Shown: positions 1 to 12,500 of the stretch, piece after piece
Layout of the letters: each line of letters begins with the position of its first letter
Position numbering within the stretch: the first letter of the stretch is position 1
NCBI GenBank assembly: GCA_001724265.1
Contig: MEDY01000237.1
Span: forward strand, 1-64,000
From: Rhizaria sp. SCN 62-66
Taxonomy: Eukaryota
DNA length: 64,000 nucleotides
Direction: 5' to 3'
Position numbers and translations under genes: made by a program
The notes under the pieces: model-generated
What the model saw: the letters and a program-made list of their open reading frames with translations, nothing else
The model's database searches: none
Told to the model about the DNA's origin: nothing

Positions 1-734
1 CCACCTTTATATACCCGCCCCGAAACGACCGTGGGTGGTGTTTGTCCCAGTGTGAGCCTATGAGACTTGGTATTTTATGCAGAATGTCGGTTGTGACAGT
101 GTCACATCAATCAATATGGTAGATTCATATAGAATGCGCTGTACCAAAAATGCATATACGTGTTTCTCTCCCAACGTTGTTGATGTTGAGAAAAACATGT
201 GTGAATAGGAAAATTCAAGGCAGGAGAGGGATTAACCAACGGAGCAAAGGAGTGGCCCACCACACTGTATTGATTTGGGAACCACGGCAATGCACAACAT
301 AATGAGTATCGTGGAAAAGTGGGTCTAGTACCTGCATTTATTATCTTAGTAGTTTCGATTAAGATGCAAATTTAAATCAAAGAACAGAGCTCTACACTGA
401 ACAAGCAACAACAAGATCCCTCGGCGCCGATCACTTCCAAGTCACCACAAATCGAAAGTTGACATAAGCACATGGCTCGAGAGCCCGGACTTTTTGAAAG
501 CGACAAGCGAGACAGCGTCATCGTCGGTAGACATACCATGTGTTTCAGTGTATACCAGCGATGGCTTTTAATTTGTATCCTTTACAGCGCTGCTTAGCAT
601 CCTTATTTTTCGTCACGTCTGAACCATTTTTTGGCACGCCATCTTCCTGCCCTCTCTTCTTATCGCTTTCTCACCTCATCCTCGTCCCCCCACTCTATTC
701 CTGCATCCGCACCCGACGCGTGCGTGACCCAGCT

Positions 735-1901
735 ATGTCTGAGCTTGACACCGCTGGTGCGGGTATCATGGGTCGTCGCCGCCGCGCTGCTCCCAAGAAG
801 GAGGAGGCAGAGGCAGAGGCAGAGGCTGGAATCGAGACCTCGAACGTCAACGTAAGTTCCTCCCTCGGCGTAACGCTTCTAAAACGCCCACTAGGTAATT
901 CGTTGCCTCAACACATGCTGTTGCACATCTCTCATTCTTTATCGTGCTGTTGTTTTTCTATATGTATATAATTGTTCGTCGCTCCAGGTGGCGATCGCAA
1001 AGATGGCCAGTGACATGGCCGAGCTTGAGCTCCCCTCCTCCGTCACCCTCATCAGCGACAAGAAGGACAACTTCCTCAAGTTTTCCATCGTCTTTAAACC
1101 CACCACCGGCTTTTGGGCTGGTGGTTCCTTTGAGTTCCAGTTCGAAATCCCCCCGTCCTACCCCTGGGGCGCGCCCGTCGCTACCTGTATCGACCCGGTA
1201 CGCTCCTCATAATAGCATCGCAACACCAATGCGAAACTGAAACAAAAACGTGTGGCATGTGTGTATAACCTTATATTGTGTGGCATCTTGTTGTAATTGT
1301 TGTGATCATTGGCACATCTCGCTCACGTGTGTCCCCGTTCATGTTGTTGCTCCGTCTTTGCTTTGCGTTGCGTTGCGTCTGTCGCATGCGGTGCGCTGTG
1401 TCCATAGCTGTGGCACCCCAACATCGATATGCAGGGCAAGCCGTGCGTCAACGTGCTCCACAAGAACTGGAAGCCCGTCTTCACGATCCAGACCGTGATC
1501 TTCGCCCTCATGTTCCTCTTCACTGACCCCAACCCGCAGGATCCCCTCAACATCGGTACGATTTTGCGCGAAAAACCAAACAATGACCACGTACCCCTCA
1601 ATATTTATGAAATATTCGTGGCTTTTGTGATGTATTTGAAAAAGATCGTTCGGCACGAACTCATCTTATGACCATGTCTTGCATTCCCAACATCTAATCA
1701 TCGTATATCCCCTCTCCTCATAACCACATTCGTGTGCGCAATGCTTGCACCAATTCAGAGGCCGCCGACGAGATGCGCACGGACCCCGACCGCTTCCGCC
1801 GCAACGTCATCACCGCACTGCGTGGCGGCGTCGTCCACAACCACTCGTTCGCCGGCAACAAAGGCGGCAACCCGGCGCTGTTCGGCAAGGGACCCATGTG
1901 A
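735..1901 (+). CDS. UBC12: NEDD8-conjugating E2 enzyme (UBC12/UBE2M-like), about 205 aa; exons 735-851, 988-1197, 1408-1555, 1759-1901
   Basis: Spliced frame gives a UBC fold: F.F.F.IPPSYPW.AP, LWHPNIDMQGKPCVNVL (catalytic Cys), WKPV, DPNPQDPLNIEAA and C-terminal FRRNV...LRGG. It also has an N-terminal extension as in Ubc12. Three GT-AG introns with consistent phases; TGA stop. Confidence 0.85.
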
Positions 1902-2254
1902 GACAGTGTGGGGGTGCGAAATGGACGCTCGCCGAGAGGACTTAACGAGCAAATTGAGAAGACTGACTGCGAACTATTGGAAGCATGTATGTGTTGCTTT
2001 ACATAGGGCCAATTGCAGTGCGCTGTACGTCTGTGATTGCGCTATCGACAGATCCCAAGCTCTTTGGGGACAGAATACACAGATGCGATAAGGCTACAAA
2101 TGTTGTTGCGAGTTTTGTTCTGAATGAACTTCCAGGATCAAGATTGGATATTGATTTGAATATATAGCTATATTGAATTGAAAACTAATGTAACAGACCT
2201 CATAATGAATATCTTCACTTAAATGTTCCATAGCTCCGCGACAAATGATATCTT

Positions 2255-5200
2255 TCAGTATATGTCATTCCCGAGCCGTCCTTCCCTCTCCTTGGACAGC
2301 TCGTGCTCCAGCTCAGCCACCTTGCGCTGCATCGCCATCATCGTCGCCGTCAGCCGTTGCTGCGTCTCGTTCGCCTGCGCGCGCGTGTCGGCCAGCTCCT
2401 GCTGCCGCAGCAGCTTCTCGTCCTCCAGACTCGCCAACATCGCGCGCAGCATCTGCGCCTCCGCCTGCGCCTGCGACAGCGCAGCCGCGGCCGCAGCGGC
2501 GGTGGCAGCAGCAGATGCAGCGGCGGCGTCCACACTGCTCCGAGCGCCGCCGCCACCGCCGCCGCCGCCGCCACTGCTGGCGCTGAGAGAGTGAGCGCCG
2601 GGGACAGGACTGCCTGGAGTCTGCTGACCGCCATGGGCGTCGCCCGCACTGGCGCCGTTGTTGTTGTTAGCGGCGCTCTCACCGGTCTGGACGTTTTTGA
2701 GCGTTGAGAGAAAGCGTCTGGAGACAAGCGTGCCGCGGGTGCCGCGCAGCGAGCCGCGCACCGCGCCCTCCTCCGCAGCGGCCTCGGCCTCGGCCACGGC
2801 GGCCGCGCCCGCCGCAGCCGCCGCGGCGGCCGTGGCGTCGTCATCGCCCGCACTGCTGTTGACTGTCCCGCGCCGGTTCCCGCCGCCGGCCTGCGCGCGC
2901 TTGAGCTCCGCGCGCAACTCCGCCACAGTAGCCTCGAGCGCCTCGACCACGGCCGCCGTGTGGTCGCCGGCCTCAGTCAGTTGCGCGCGCGCCGCCGCAG
3001 CCTCGCGCCGGGCTGCGTCGCGCTCCACCGTGACCGCCGACATAATGCCCTCCAGGTCGCCCTCAACGCGCTTCAGCCGGCGCAACTCAGTGCGCTGCTC
3101 CTCGGCTGCCGCAGACGCGGACGCGCCCTTGGACCGCAGGAGGTCGACCTGTTGGCCCAACCTGTCACGCGCGTCAGTCAGCGCGATGATCTGCGCCTCG
3201 GACGACGTCTTGAGGTCGTGCAGCCGCAGCATGAGCCGCTGGACGTCGCTCTGCGCCTGCGTAAACGCCAGCTGCAGCTCCGCGCCCGCGTCGGCCTGCG
3301 CCTCCATGTCGCGCACCTTGCGCGCCGCGACGGCCAGCTCCTTCGCGGTGGTCAGGTGCCGCTCCTTGAGCGCCTCGTACTGCCGCAGCAATGCGAGGTA
3401 CTCCTCGCCGGCCTTGGACTGAGTCTTGACCGTCTTGTCGTAGTCGCGCTTCAGCGACAAGTGCTGCTGCTGTGCGTTGCGGCGCTCCTCCGTCTCCGTG
3501 CGCAGCTGCTGCTTGAGCATGTTGAGCTCCGCTTCGATCGCGAGTCGGCGCGCGTCGCCGTCCTTGGCCCCCGCGGCGGCGCCGGCATGCGCCTCCTCAG
3601 CCGCCAGCGCGCGCGCCCGCTCCTCGGCCAGCAGCTGTTCGGCGCGTGAGAGCTTCTTGGCCGTCTCCTCGGTTTCCTCGCGGGACACCTTAAGGTCGCG
3701 CTTGGTCGAGTCCAGTGCCAGCGAGAGCTCGGCCCCGCGCTGCGTCGCGCGCGCCAGGTCCGCGGCCAGTGCGCCCTTCTCTTCGCGCACGACCTTAAGC
3801 TCGGCGTCTGACGCGAGCTGGCGCTGCCTGCGCGCGGCGAGCTGCGACGAAAGCATGTCGCGGCCCTCACCCCACGCGCGCTCGCGGCGCTCCCAGTCGG
3901 CGTGCGCGGCCTCGAACTTGGCTCGCAGCTGCGCCAGCGCGGCGCGGTCCAGCTCCAGCTTCTCCAGCTCAATGTGGCGCCGCTTGCGCTCTTCGCGCAG
4001 CGCCGCGGCCTCCTGGCGGTGCTGCGCGGCCTTGTCGCTTTCGCTCTTCAGTGCAATGCGCGTCGACTCGAGCTCGTCCTCGACTGCGTCCGTGCGCGAC
4101 TGCAGGTGCGAGACGCGCTCGGTCGCCACGCCCAGCTTGCCGCATACCGTGGCCAGTTGGGACAGCACCTGCGCGCGCTCGGAGCGCATCTTGCCCATCA
4201 GCGTGCGCAAGCCTGTCACTTCGCCCTGGACGAGGGCCTTCTCGGCGCCCGTGGCCTCGAGCGCGCGCAGCAGACGCTGCGCCTCGGCGTCGTGCTGCGC
4301 CGCCAGCTCCGTCAGCGCGGCGGCATTGTACAGCAGGTCGCCCGACACGGCGTCGGCCTGGCGCACCGCCTCGGCCAGCCGCGCGTTCTCGTCAACCAGC
4401 GCGCGGTACGTCCCCGCTGACAGGCGGTGCGCGAGCGAGTCCACAGTGATGACGCCGCCGCCACGCGCGACGGCGACCGCGGCGGCAGTCGCGCTCACGC
4501 TGCCCGCGGCCGCTGAAGAGCCGGAACTAGAGCTGGATGCGGGGCCGGTAATGGTGACTGGAGCATGAGGATCGGCAGACGAGAAGTACAGAGAGACGCC
4601 GTTCGCGCTGTTTCCATCGCCCGTATTGTTTTTGGCAGGAGGGTAGATGGCCGCTGCAGTGTTGTTGCTCGGTGTCAGTGACGTGATAGACGGCGAGTGC
4701 GCAATGGGTCGGCGCGGGGTTGAAGTCATCTGATGTTGCTGATGCTGCTGCTGTTGTGCAGTCGCATTCATGCCAGCGGTCCTCAGTAATTTGCCAGCGT
4801 TGCTGTCGAACGACCCGCCAGCGCCCTCACCGAGATTGTAGCCACTACTGTAGTCATTGCTAGCGCCGCCGCTGAAGTTGTTCTGATCCTCTGAGAGCCC
4901 CAGCACGGCCTTGACCTGCGCCAGCACGAACGCGTCCGCAGCCGAGGCCGAGGGCGGTGGATGCGACGCCAGCGCGCGCTGCAGCGAGCGGGGCAGCGCG
5001 CCCGTCGCCGCCACGCCCGGCGCCGCATCCCCCGCGCCCAGCGCCAGCGCTCCGCCGCCGCCGCCACCACCGCCGCGGGGGGTGTTGGCGGTGACGAGCA
5101 TGGACGCCGCGGAGGCCGAGGCGGGCAGGAACACAGGCAGGGCGTGGGCGGCGGTGCAAGGCGGCAGCGGCTGGTATGCGTTGGGCACGAAACGGCCGCC

Positions 5201-6016
5201 CTGCGCCGAACCGCCATAAGCCAGCAGCACCTGCGCCAGCGACTAGGATTGCGAAAGCGGCGACGCACTGGCCACGCCGGGCGCACTCGCAGAGGAGCCA
5301 GCGCCGCTGTTGCCCGACTGGGGGAAGCGTTGGGCGAGCTCTTTGGGCTGCCACTGAGAGCGACTGGCGGGGTCCTCGCCCAGAGCGGCCGCCGCAGACG
5401 CCGCCAAACCGGCCGTGGCAGCGGCGTAGGCGGGCGAGGCGACCGGGGGTGCGAGCGCGACGAGCAGGGCTGAGCCGGGGGGCGGGCGGGTTCCCGTCTC
5501 GTGCGGCAAAGGCGCCTGCGCGGTGGCCGCGAACGACAGCGCTGCGGAGGCTGCGGTCGGGGCCAGGGAGAGCGCCGAGTGGCTCGCAGTCAGGGACAAG
5601 GACGCGTTCTTGCTAGAGAGCGCCGTGGTCGCGGTTGAGGCGGCCAAGTAAGGAGAAGGGGAGATCGATGGCATTGACGGGGCAGTGGCCAGTCCGCCAG
5701 CGCGTGTGTGCCGCGCGTAGCTGCCCAGCGTACCAGCCCGCGCGCCAGCGGTCAGCGTAGAGGCGGCCCCTGAGTGTGGAGGAGGCGCGCGGGCAGAGGA
5801 GCGCATAGCAGACGCGACAGAGGCGCGGCCGTCACGCGGAGTGTGCTTGGCCTCGTGATCGCGGCGAGAGGTGGCACCGAGCTCTCCAGCGTCGAGAAAT
5901 GATGATGAGCTATGTTGCAGAGGACTTTGGAATGCGCCAGGGCCCACAGGGTATGCGGGCAGTGGTGGGCCCAGAGGACTGGACTGCGCTAACGTCTGAG
6001 CAGCAGCCTGGGACAT
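2255..6016 (-). CDS. Large coiled-coil protein of unknown function, about 1253 aa if the in-frame TAG at 5243-5245 is decoded
   Basis: Track ORFs 5243..6016 and 2255..5230 are in the same frame, separated only by one TAG (…CAA TCC TAG TCG CTG GCG CAG GTG…). The N-terminal part is Ser/Ala/Pro-rich, followed by a long E/K/R/L/A/Q heptad-like region (about 4430-2890). No AT-rich intron or spacer at the junction; ends in TGA. Confidence 0.7.
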
Positions 6017-6573
6017 CGGCGAGCGAGACCAGCAAAGTGACTCTAAATGATCGCCGACTCGAGGCTCTATGGGGGAAGTGTCGCAAGGGACCCGAGCCTA
6101 ATAATAAAAGAAATAATTTAAACACCGTAAGTTTTGATCAGAATCAGTGCTATCATTTCTATGGAATTGAGGTTATTCGCGGTCGAGAGCCGTTTCGTAA
6201 GTCGATGAACCAACCACCAGCACTCCAGTCGATACAGTCTTATATTCTGACGCTTCCAAAGATCCCACGGCAGTCTGGCATCATCAATCTTGCCGAGCAC
6301 ACAGAATGAAATTGAAAGATGGCACTTTGAATAGTGACTATATGTGTTAATCTGTGGTCAGGTTTAATTATCTTGTCTAGATCCACGTTCCGGGCTCTCT
6401 GCAGCAGTGCCATTATCGGGTCTCAACTCACCGCGCTATCACTCCCTCACCTTCCACTTGCACTTGCCCCAGCCAACCCTCTTGAGAACCTACTTTGACA
6501 GCATCCGCGCCGCGTCTAACAACACAGCTGCAGTTAGTCCTTGCTCCCGGCTGCTGCCGCACAGCTGCCCTTC

Positions 6574-9500
6574 ATGCTTCCTCAGACTGCTCATGACAGC
6601 AGCAAATATGCAGCGTCTGCTGCTGCCGCTGCGGCCACCGCTGCCGCTGCGGCCGCTGGTGCTGAGCAATTGCCATTCATGCGTGTGAAGCACCTCTACA
6701 ACACGACGCACCAGCGCATCTCTCTTGACGTCGACCTCGCGAAGCAAGACGTCGTTGGCGTGACTGAGATCACCATCGTCCCCTCGGTGTTCGCCTTCAA
6801 CGAGGCGCCCTCTGACTCTGCCTCGGCATCGCCGACGTTCGTGGCGTCGGGGCTCACGCACATCGCGCTCAACGTACACGCGTGCGTGGAGCTTGTTGCT
6901 GTTAGCGTCAACGGCCACCCCGCCGACGTGCACCGCCGGGACGGCTCTATCGCCCAGGTGCGGCATATCCTATACTCTGGACTCTCCGTCGCCGCGCCGC
7001 TTCCCGCCACCAGCACCAGCGCCAGCGCCACCCTCGGCGGCGCTACGCCAGGGAACGCGAATGTGCTCACTTTACAGGGCCCCACTGCCGCGAGCTCGTC
7101 CACTTCCTCGACACCTCCCGCCACAAACGCCGCCTCCTCAAGCGCGAGCGCAAGTGCGGGCGCAAATGCTGGCGCGAATGTGGGATTCGCAGCGCCGACG
7201 ACGGTGGCGCTGGCGGACTTCGCGCTCACGGCACCCGCGGCGGGCCCCGCCGGCCCGGGGCTGTGGGCGCCTCCGCTGGATCCCGCCGAGGCGGCGCCGG
7301 ACTTCACCTCGCAGCGGCAGCAGTACTCGGCGCACGGCGGCGCCTACACGCGCGACGCGCCCGCGCTGGCCTGCGCGCAGGACGCCGCGCTCGAGGCCGC
7401 TAAGGAGGGTGAGGTCGTCGTCACCATCCCCGAGCCCGTGCTGGCGCTGCTGCGCGCGCCGCCGCTGCCGGCGCCGGCCGTCTCTGCGCTGCTGACGGCG
7501 TCATCGCTCACCTTCTCGCCGACCGCGCTCTCGCTTACCTCCACGAGCGCCAGCGCGGCGGGCAGAGGCGGCGCCGGAGCCAAGGTGCCCGCGGTCAGAG
7601 TCGGCGGGCTGACGCTCAACGCGACTAACACGGCCGCCAGCAACCTCTCAGCGCAGTCGCCCATGTTATCGTCAAGCAATAACAGCACCAGCAGCAGCAG
7701 TGCGACTGCGAGCGCCGCCACCGCTGCTGCTGCCACGGTGCCTCTTGTAATCAGCGTGACCTTCCGCGTCCGCGGCGAGAGCAACATTTCCTCGGGCGGC
7801 GGCGGCGACCGGTCTATGGCCGGCGCCGGCTCATCGATCCGCTTCGTAGCGTCCTCGGCCTCCGCGGCCGCGGTGCCGATGGCTTTTACCACGGGCGCCG
7901 GCACGGCCGCGGTGGCGCAGTGGCTGCCGTGCGTGCTGGGCCCGAACCAGAAGGTGTTAACGACGCTCACGGTCACCGCCCCCGCAGGCGTCACGGTGGC
8001 CGCGACGGGGCTGCTCGAGCGCGAGGGCAAGCAGCCCAAGGTGCCCATCGCGCACTACCCGGGGGCCAACGCCGCCACGGCGGCGCGCGCGACGCACTAC
8101 AGCAGCGCCCACAGCCAGGATAGTGCGCATGGTGATAAGAAAAGCGGCGATATCTTGTCTGCGAGCGCGGAGGAGATTGCCGACCAGACTGCCGCCGCCA
8201 GCCACAAAAAAGAGGTCAGCTTCGCGACTCTCGCGGCCTTCGCACAGCAGCCCGGCTCCCGCCTCTCCGCATCGTCCTCTTCCCTTGCCGCCGCCGCGGC
8301 CTCGCGGCCCCGCACGTGGTCCTTCGTCTGCGCGACGCCGATCAGCCCGTCGTACATCGGCTGGGCGTTGGGCCCCTTCACAGCGGCCACCGCGCCGCGC
8401 GTCGAGGACGACCCGCGCGTCGAGTTCCGCTACGTCGCGCCGTCCACACGCGCCAAGGTCCTCGCGCTGGAGCTGGCCGCGCTCGACGCCAAGCTCCGCT
8501 CCGCCACGGCCGTGACGGCGCCGACGGGGACGGCTCCGGCGGCGGCCACGGCGGGTCACGGAAACCACCACCACAACAAGGGGACTGGCGTGTCGCTGTT
8601 TGCGCGGGCGAAGCGTGAGTACGCCGCGTTGACGGCTGCGGCCGAGGAAGCTGAGGCTGCGGCGGCCGCTGGCAGCAGCGCGGCGAAGAGCGCGAACAGT
8701 AGCAGCTCTGGCAGTGGCGCTGGGACAGGCAAGAATGGTCAGCAGCTGCAGCGGGCGTATGGAAAGCGCAACAACATGAGCGATAATGACAGCGACGACG
8801 ACGATGACGACGACTACGACAACGGCTCTAGCACTGGTCTGTTTGGCAACGTCACGCGCAGTACTGCACGGAGCAGTCGTATTTTTACTCCTGTAGCAAA
8901 CACGACGAGCGCCAAGACTACAGCCATCTCTGGTGTTGACGCTGACGCTGCAGCTGCGACGGCGACTCAGGCGGCTCTGTCGTCATTTATGCCGTCCGTC
9001 CTGCAACCGCTTGCCTCACCCTCTCGTACTGCCAGCAACAGCAGTATGGGCAACACCAGCTCTAGTTCAAGCTCGAGCTCGAGCTCAAGCTCTGCAAGTG
9101 CTTTGTTTGACAAGATCAAGACAGAACACAAGAACCCTATGGAGGACGACGACCACACCAGCAGCGCAAGCGGCAGCACCAACAGCAACACCGCAGCAAA
9201 GACCTCAAGCAGTCTGGACTCCGAATCTGAGACTGCCTACCTCGTGTCGCTGTTGCAACAGCACGCGAGTTGCAACCCCTTGCTTACTCCTGCAGCGCTC
9301 GCCGACGCTGCAGCTGCTATTTCAGTAGCCAAGGCAGCGACGTACGGTCTGGTCAAGGCGTCGGCGTCTCTCACTGTCTCTGCGGCCGCTGGCGCCGCCA
9401 CAGGCAGCAGCGGCGCCGCTGGCGGCGCGTCTGCGGCGGCCACGAGCAGCGTCATCAGTGACGATGCGTACGCGGCCATGGTGCACTGCGCGCTCGACGA

Positions 9501-12500
9501 CACGCGCAACGCGTTGACCATCTTCCGCAACCGCATGCGCGGCTACTTCGCCTTCCCCGTTCTCACCGTCATCGTCGTCGACGAGTGCCCCAACGACTTC
9601 GAGTCCTTCGGCGGCATCGTGCTCGTCGACTCGTCACTCATCGCGCCGGTGCGCGTGCTCGAGCAGGCCTTCCGCACCAAAGGCGTGCTCGCGGCGGCGC
9701 TGGCGCGCGCGTGGCTCGCCCCGGCGCTGCGCGTTGACTATACCACCGACTCGTGGCTGCTGGAAGGCATGATCGGACAGCTCGGTGCGGCGTATCTCAA
9801 CTGGGTACGTGTCACTGTGCATCTTTAAACCACCACATGAATTTTTTTTCTGGATAATTACGTATTAACTATGAACTGTATGTCTATCTCACGTTGAATC
9901 ACTTGTATCTTGCTTTGCTATCTCTCAACATGTGCAGTCTTTGGGTCACAACGAGACTGCGTTCCGTTTGTATGCTGCGAAGATTGCTGTCTCTCGTGTC
10001 TACGACTTGTACTTTCATCCTGGCCCGGCTGCAGACGCTGCCTCTAGCGGCACCAGCGGCAACGCGGTCGTGGCTCTCACCAGCCTCACCAGCCTCAGCG
10101 GCCGCGGCGGCACCGTTCGTGGTCGCGGCCGCGCGCGTGGCCGTGGGCGCGGCGGGCGCGGGCGCGGCAGCAGCCTCAACGTCGGCGCGACGCCCGTTGC
10201 GCCCACCATCGAGCTCCCGCCGTTGCACAAAGAGGTGCGCACCTACAGCGCGCGCGACGCGTACGCGTGCTTCACCGACGACCCGCACCTGGGCCCTGCG
10301 TTCCCGCTCTCCTCGCCCGTGGCCGTCACCGTGAGCGACGCGTCCGCGTTTCTGCCGCACGTCACCGTGGTTGAGGCGCTGCACCTCGGCGCCGGGTACG
10401 AGGGTCTGGACCTGTTCCTCGCCGCGATCCGTCCCGTGGACCCGCGCGTGGCCGATAAGGTTACCAAGGCCTACGACGACGGCATGCTGATGATGGAGCG
10501 CCCCGCGGCGTTTGTGGCGCATCCGTGTCCGACAACGACTGAAAACAATGGGGTGTATCTTAAGTCGTATGGGTCGATTCACACCCCGCAGGTGCGCGAG
10601 CTGCCCGTCCAACTCTTCAGGTACGAAGCGAGCTTATGATATAGCCGGGAACATCAACGTGTCTTTTTGGGGTGTATATTCTCTTGCTTTATTTTCTATC
10701 TCTTTTAATGTGATGCATCATGGCCATTCTTCGACTGATGATAGTAATTTCTTTCTGTTTACTTTATGCGAATAGTGTCGAGGGCGTAGGCTTGCGCGGT
10801 GCGGCCCTGACAACGCCCGCCGTGTTGAGTGACAGCGCTTTTGGTGCAAAGGCCTGGGCGGTGATGGCCGCTCTAGAGGACATGCTGGGGCCGGACGGTT
10901 CGCTTGTGCTGTGGAATATTATCACAAAACACACAGAAGTCCGCTACGGTGGCGACGCGAAGGTACGAACTTGCGGTTTCACTTCACATTTCCTCTCTTT
11001 GTCACGAAAACATATGCACGTTGTGACTTTGACATTGTGGCTTTTCTCTTGCTTCACATTCATGTACTTCCATTATTTCACTGTCCTTTTATTGATTGAA
11101 TCATGTCGATTCCTTTAATTCCTGTAGGTGCAAGCACTGCCGTATCTCACGACCGAGCTTATGAAGCAAGCCCTGACTGCTGACATTGAAGAGCCCAACT
11201 TGGACCCCTTCCTCCGTCAGTGGGTTCTCTGCGAACTCATTCCGATTCTAGTGGCCCACACAGAAGACAACAAGAAGGACAAGCTCCTCATCAACCTCTA
11301 CCAGCTCCAGGCCTACACCCCGACCGACGTTCCGTACGTGCCGTTCTCCCGCGTTGACGCCGCCTCCGACGCTGCCAAGCACAGCCGCACGCTCGTCGCT
11401 CCCGGCCGCGGCCGCCGCTCACACCTTCAGACCGCGGCGCTCCGCGAGGCCACCCCCAGCGCCGTTCTCGCCAAGTCCGCGGCAAACGGCGCTGGCGGTG
11501 ACGATATGACCAAATTTGGCGAGATTCTTCTCGGCGGCATCGCCGGTGTATTGGCGTCAAACAAGCAACAGCTTGCACAGAGTCTGCAGCACCCCACTGG
11601 GCTCAGTGTAGACGGACGGCACCAGCGTCTGACTATGCAAAGGCTCAGTGAGGCGCGCGAGAAAATCGTCAGAAGGTACGAGCTCAAACGATCTTAATAA
11701 ATGTTGTCAATAATGCATTGTTCATTCTATCTAAATGACCTGTATTTGTTTGTACGTTAGTTTTATCCTGTGGACTCACTGTATCTTGTGTCACTTCTTT
11801 TATTTTCCTTCTCGACTGAACTTTCTTACACAGGATGTTGCGCAGCGGTGTGAAGGGTGCTTTTGTGGTTGGCAAGGGCTCTTGGCAACCGCCGACAACC
11901 GCCGCGTCCAGTGCCGGCGCTGCTGCGGCGGCCGTTGTTGCTCCTAGCGCTGGCGCTGGCAGCAGCGGCGACGTCAAGATCACGATCGAGAAGACGAAGC
12001 TCGAGGTCGCGTGCAAGACCGAGATCCAGATTGACTGCGACGCGGGCTCACTCACCAAGACCGTGCGCAAGCGCCGCAATGCAGAAAACGCAGCTGCAGC
12101 CGACGCTGATGACGATGACGACGCGGCCGTTGCTGCGACCGGCGCCGCAGCTGACGACGCCGCGACCGCCGCCGCCGGTACATCGTTTTTCCGTATCGAC
12201 CCGCAAGTGTCTTGGCTGCGCCCAGTGATCCTTGTCACGGACGAAACGAAGCTCGTCAGCCAGCTGGCGCACGACCCGGAAATGCTGTCGCAGCTGCACG
12301 CCATCGCCGCGCTGGCGCGCATCTTCCGCCGGTCCCTGCCGCAGAACATCTCCCAGCCCGCCGTAGCCGTGCTCAAGCGCGTGCTCCGCGGCGAGCTCCG
12401 CCGGCCCGTCTTCTGGCGCGTACGCGCCGCCGCGGCCGTTGCGCTCTGCTCCTCCGACTCGCTGATCGACGGGCCCAAGATGGTCGTGCGCTTCTTGCAA

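Noticed and set aside
6535-6537. TAG in frame just upstream of TAF2 as a fifth recoded codon
   Set aside because: An in-frame TAA lies at 6517-6519 with no ATG in between, so this is 5' non-coding sequence.
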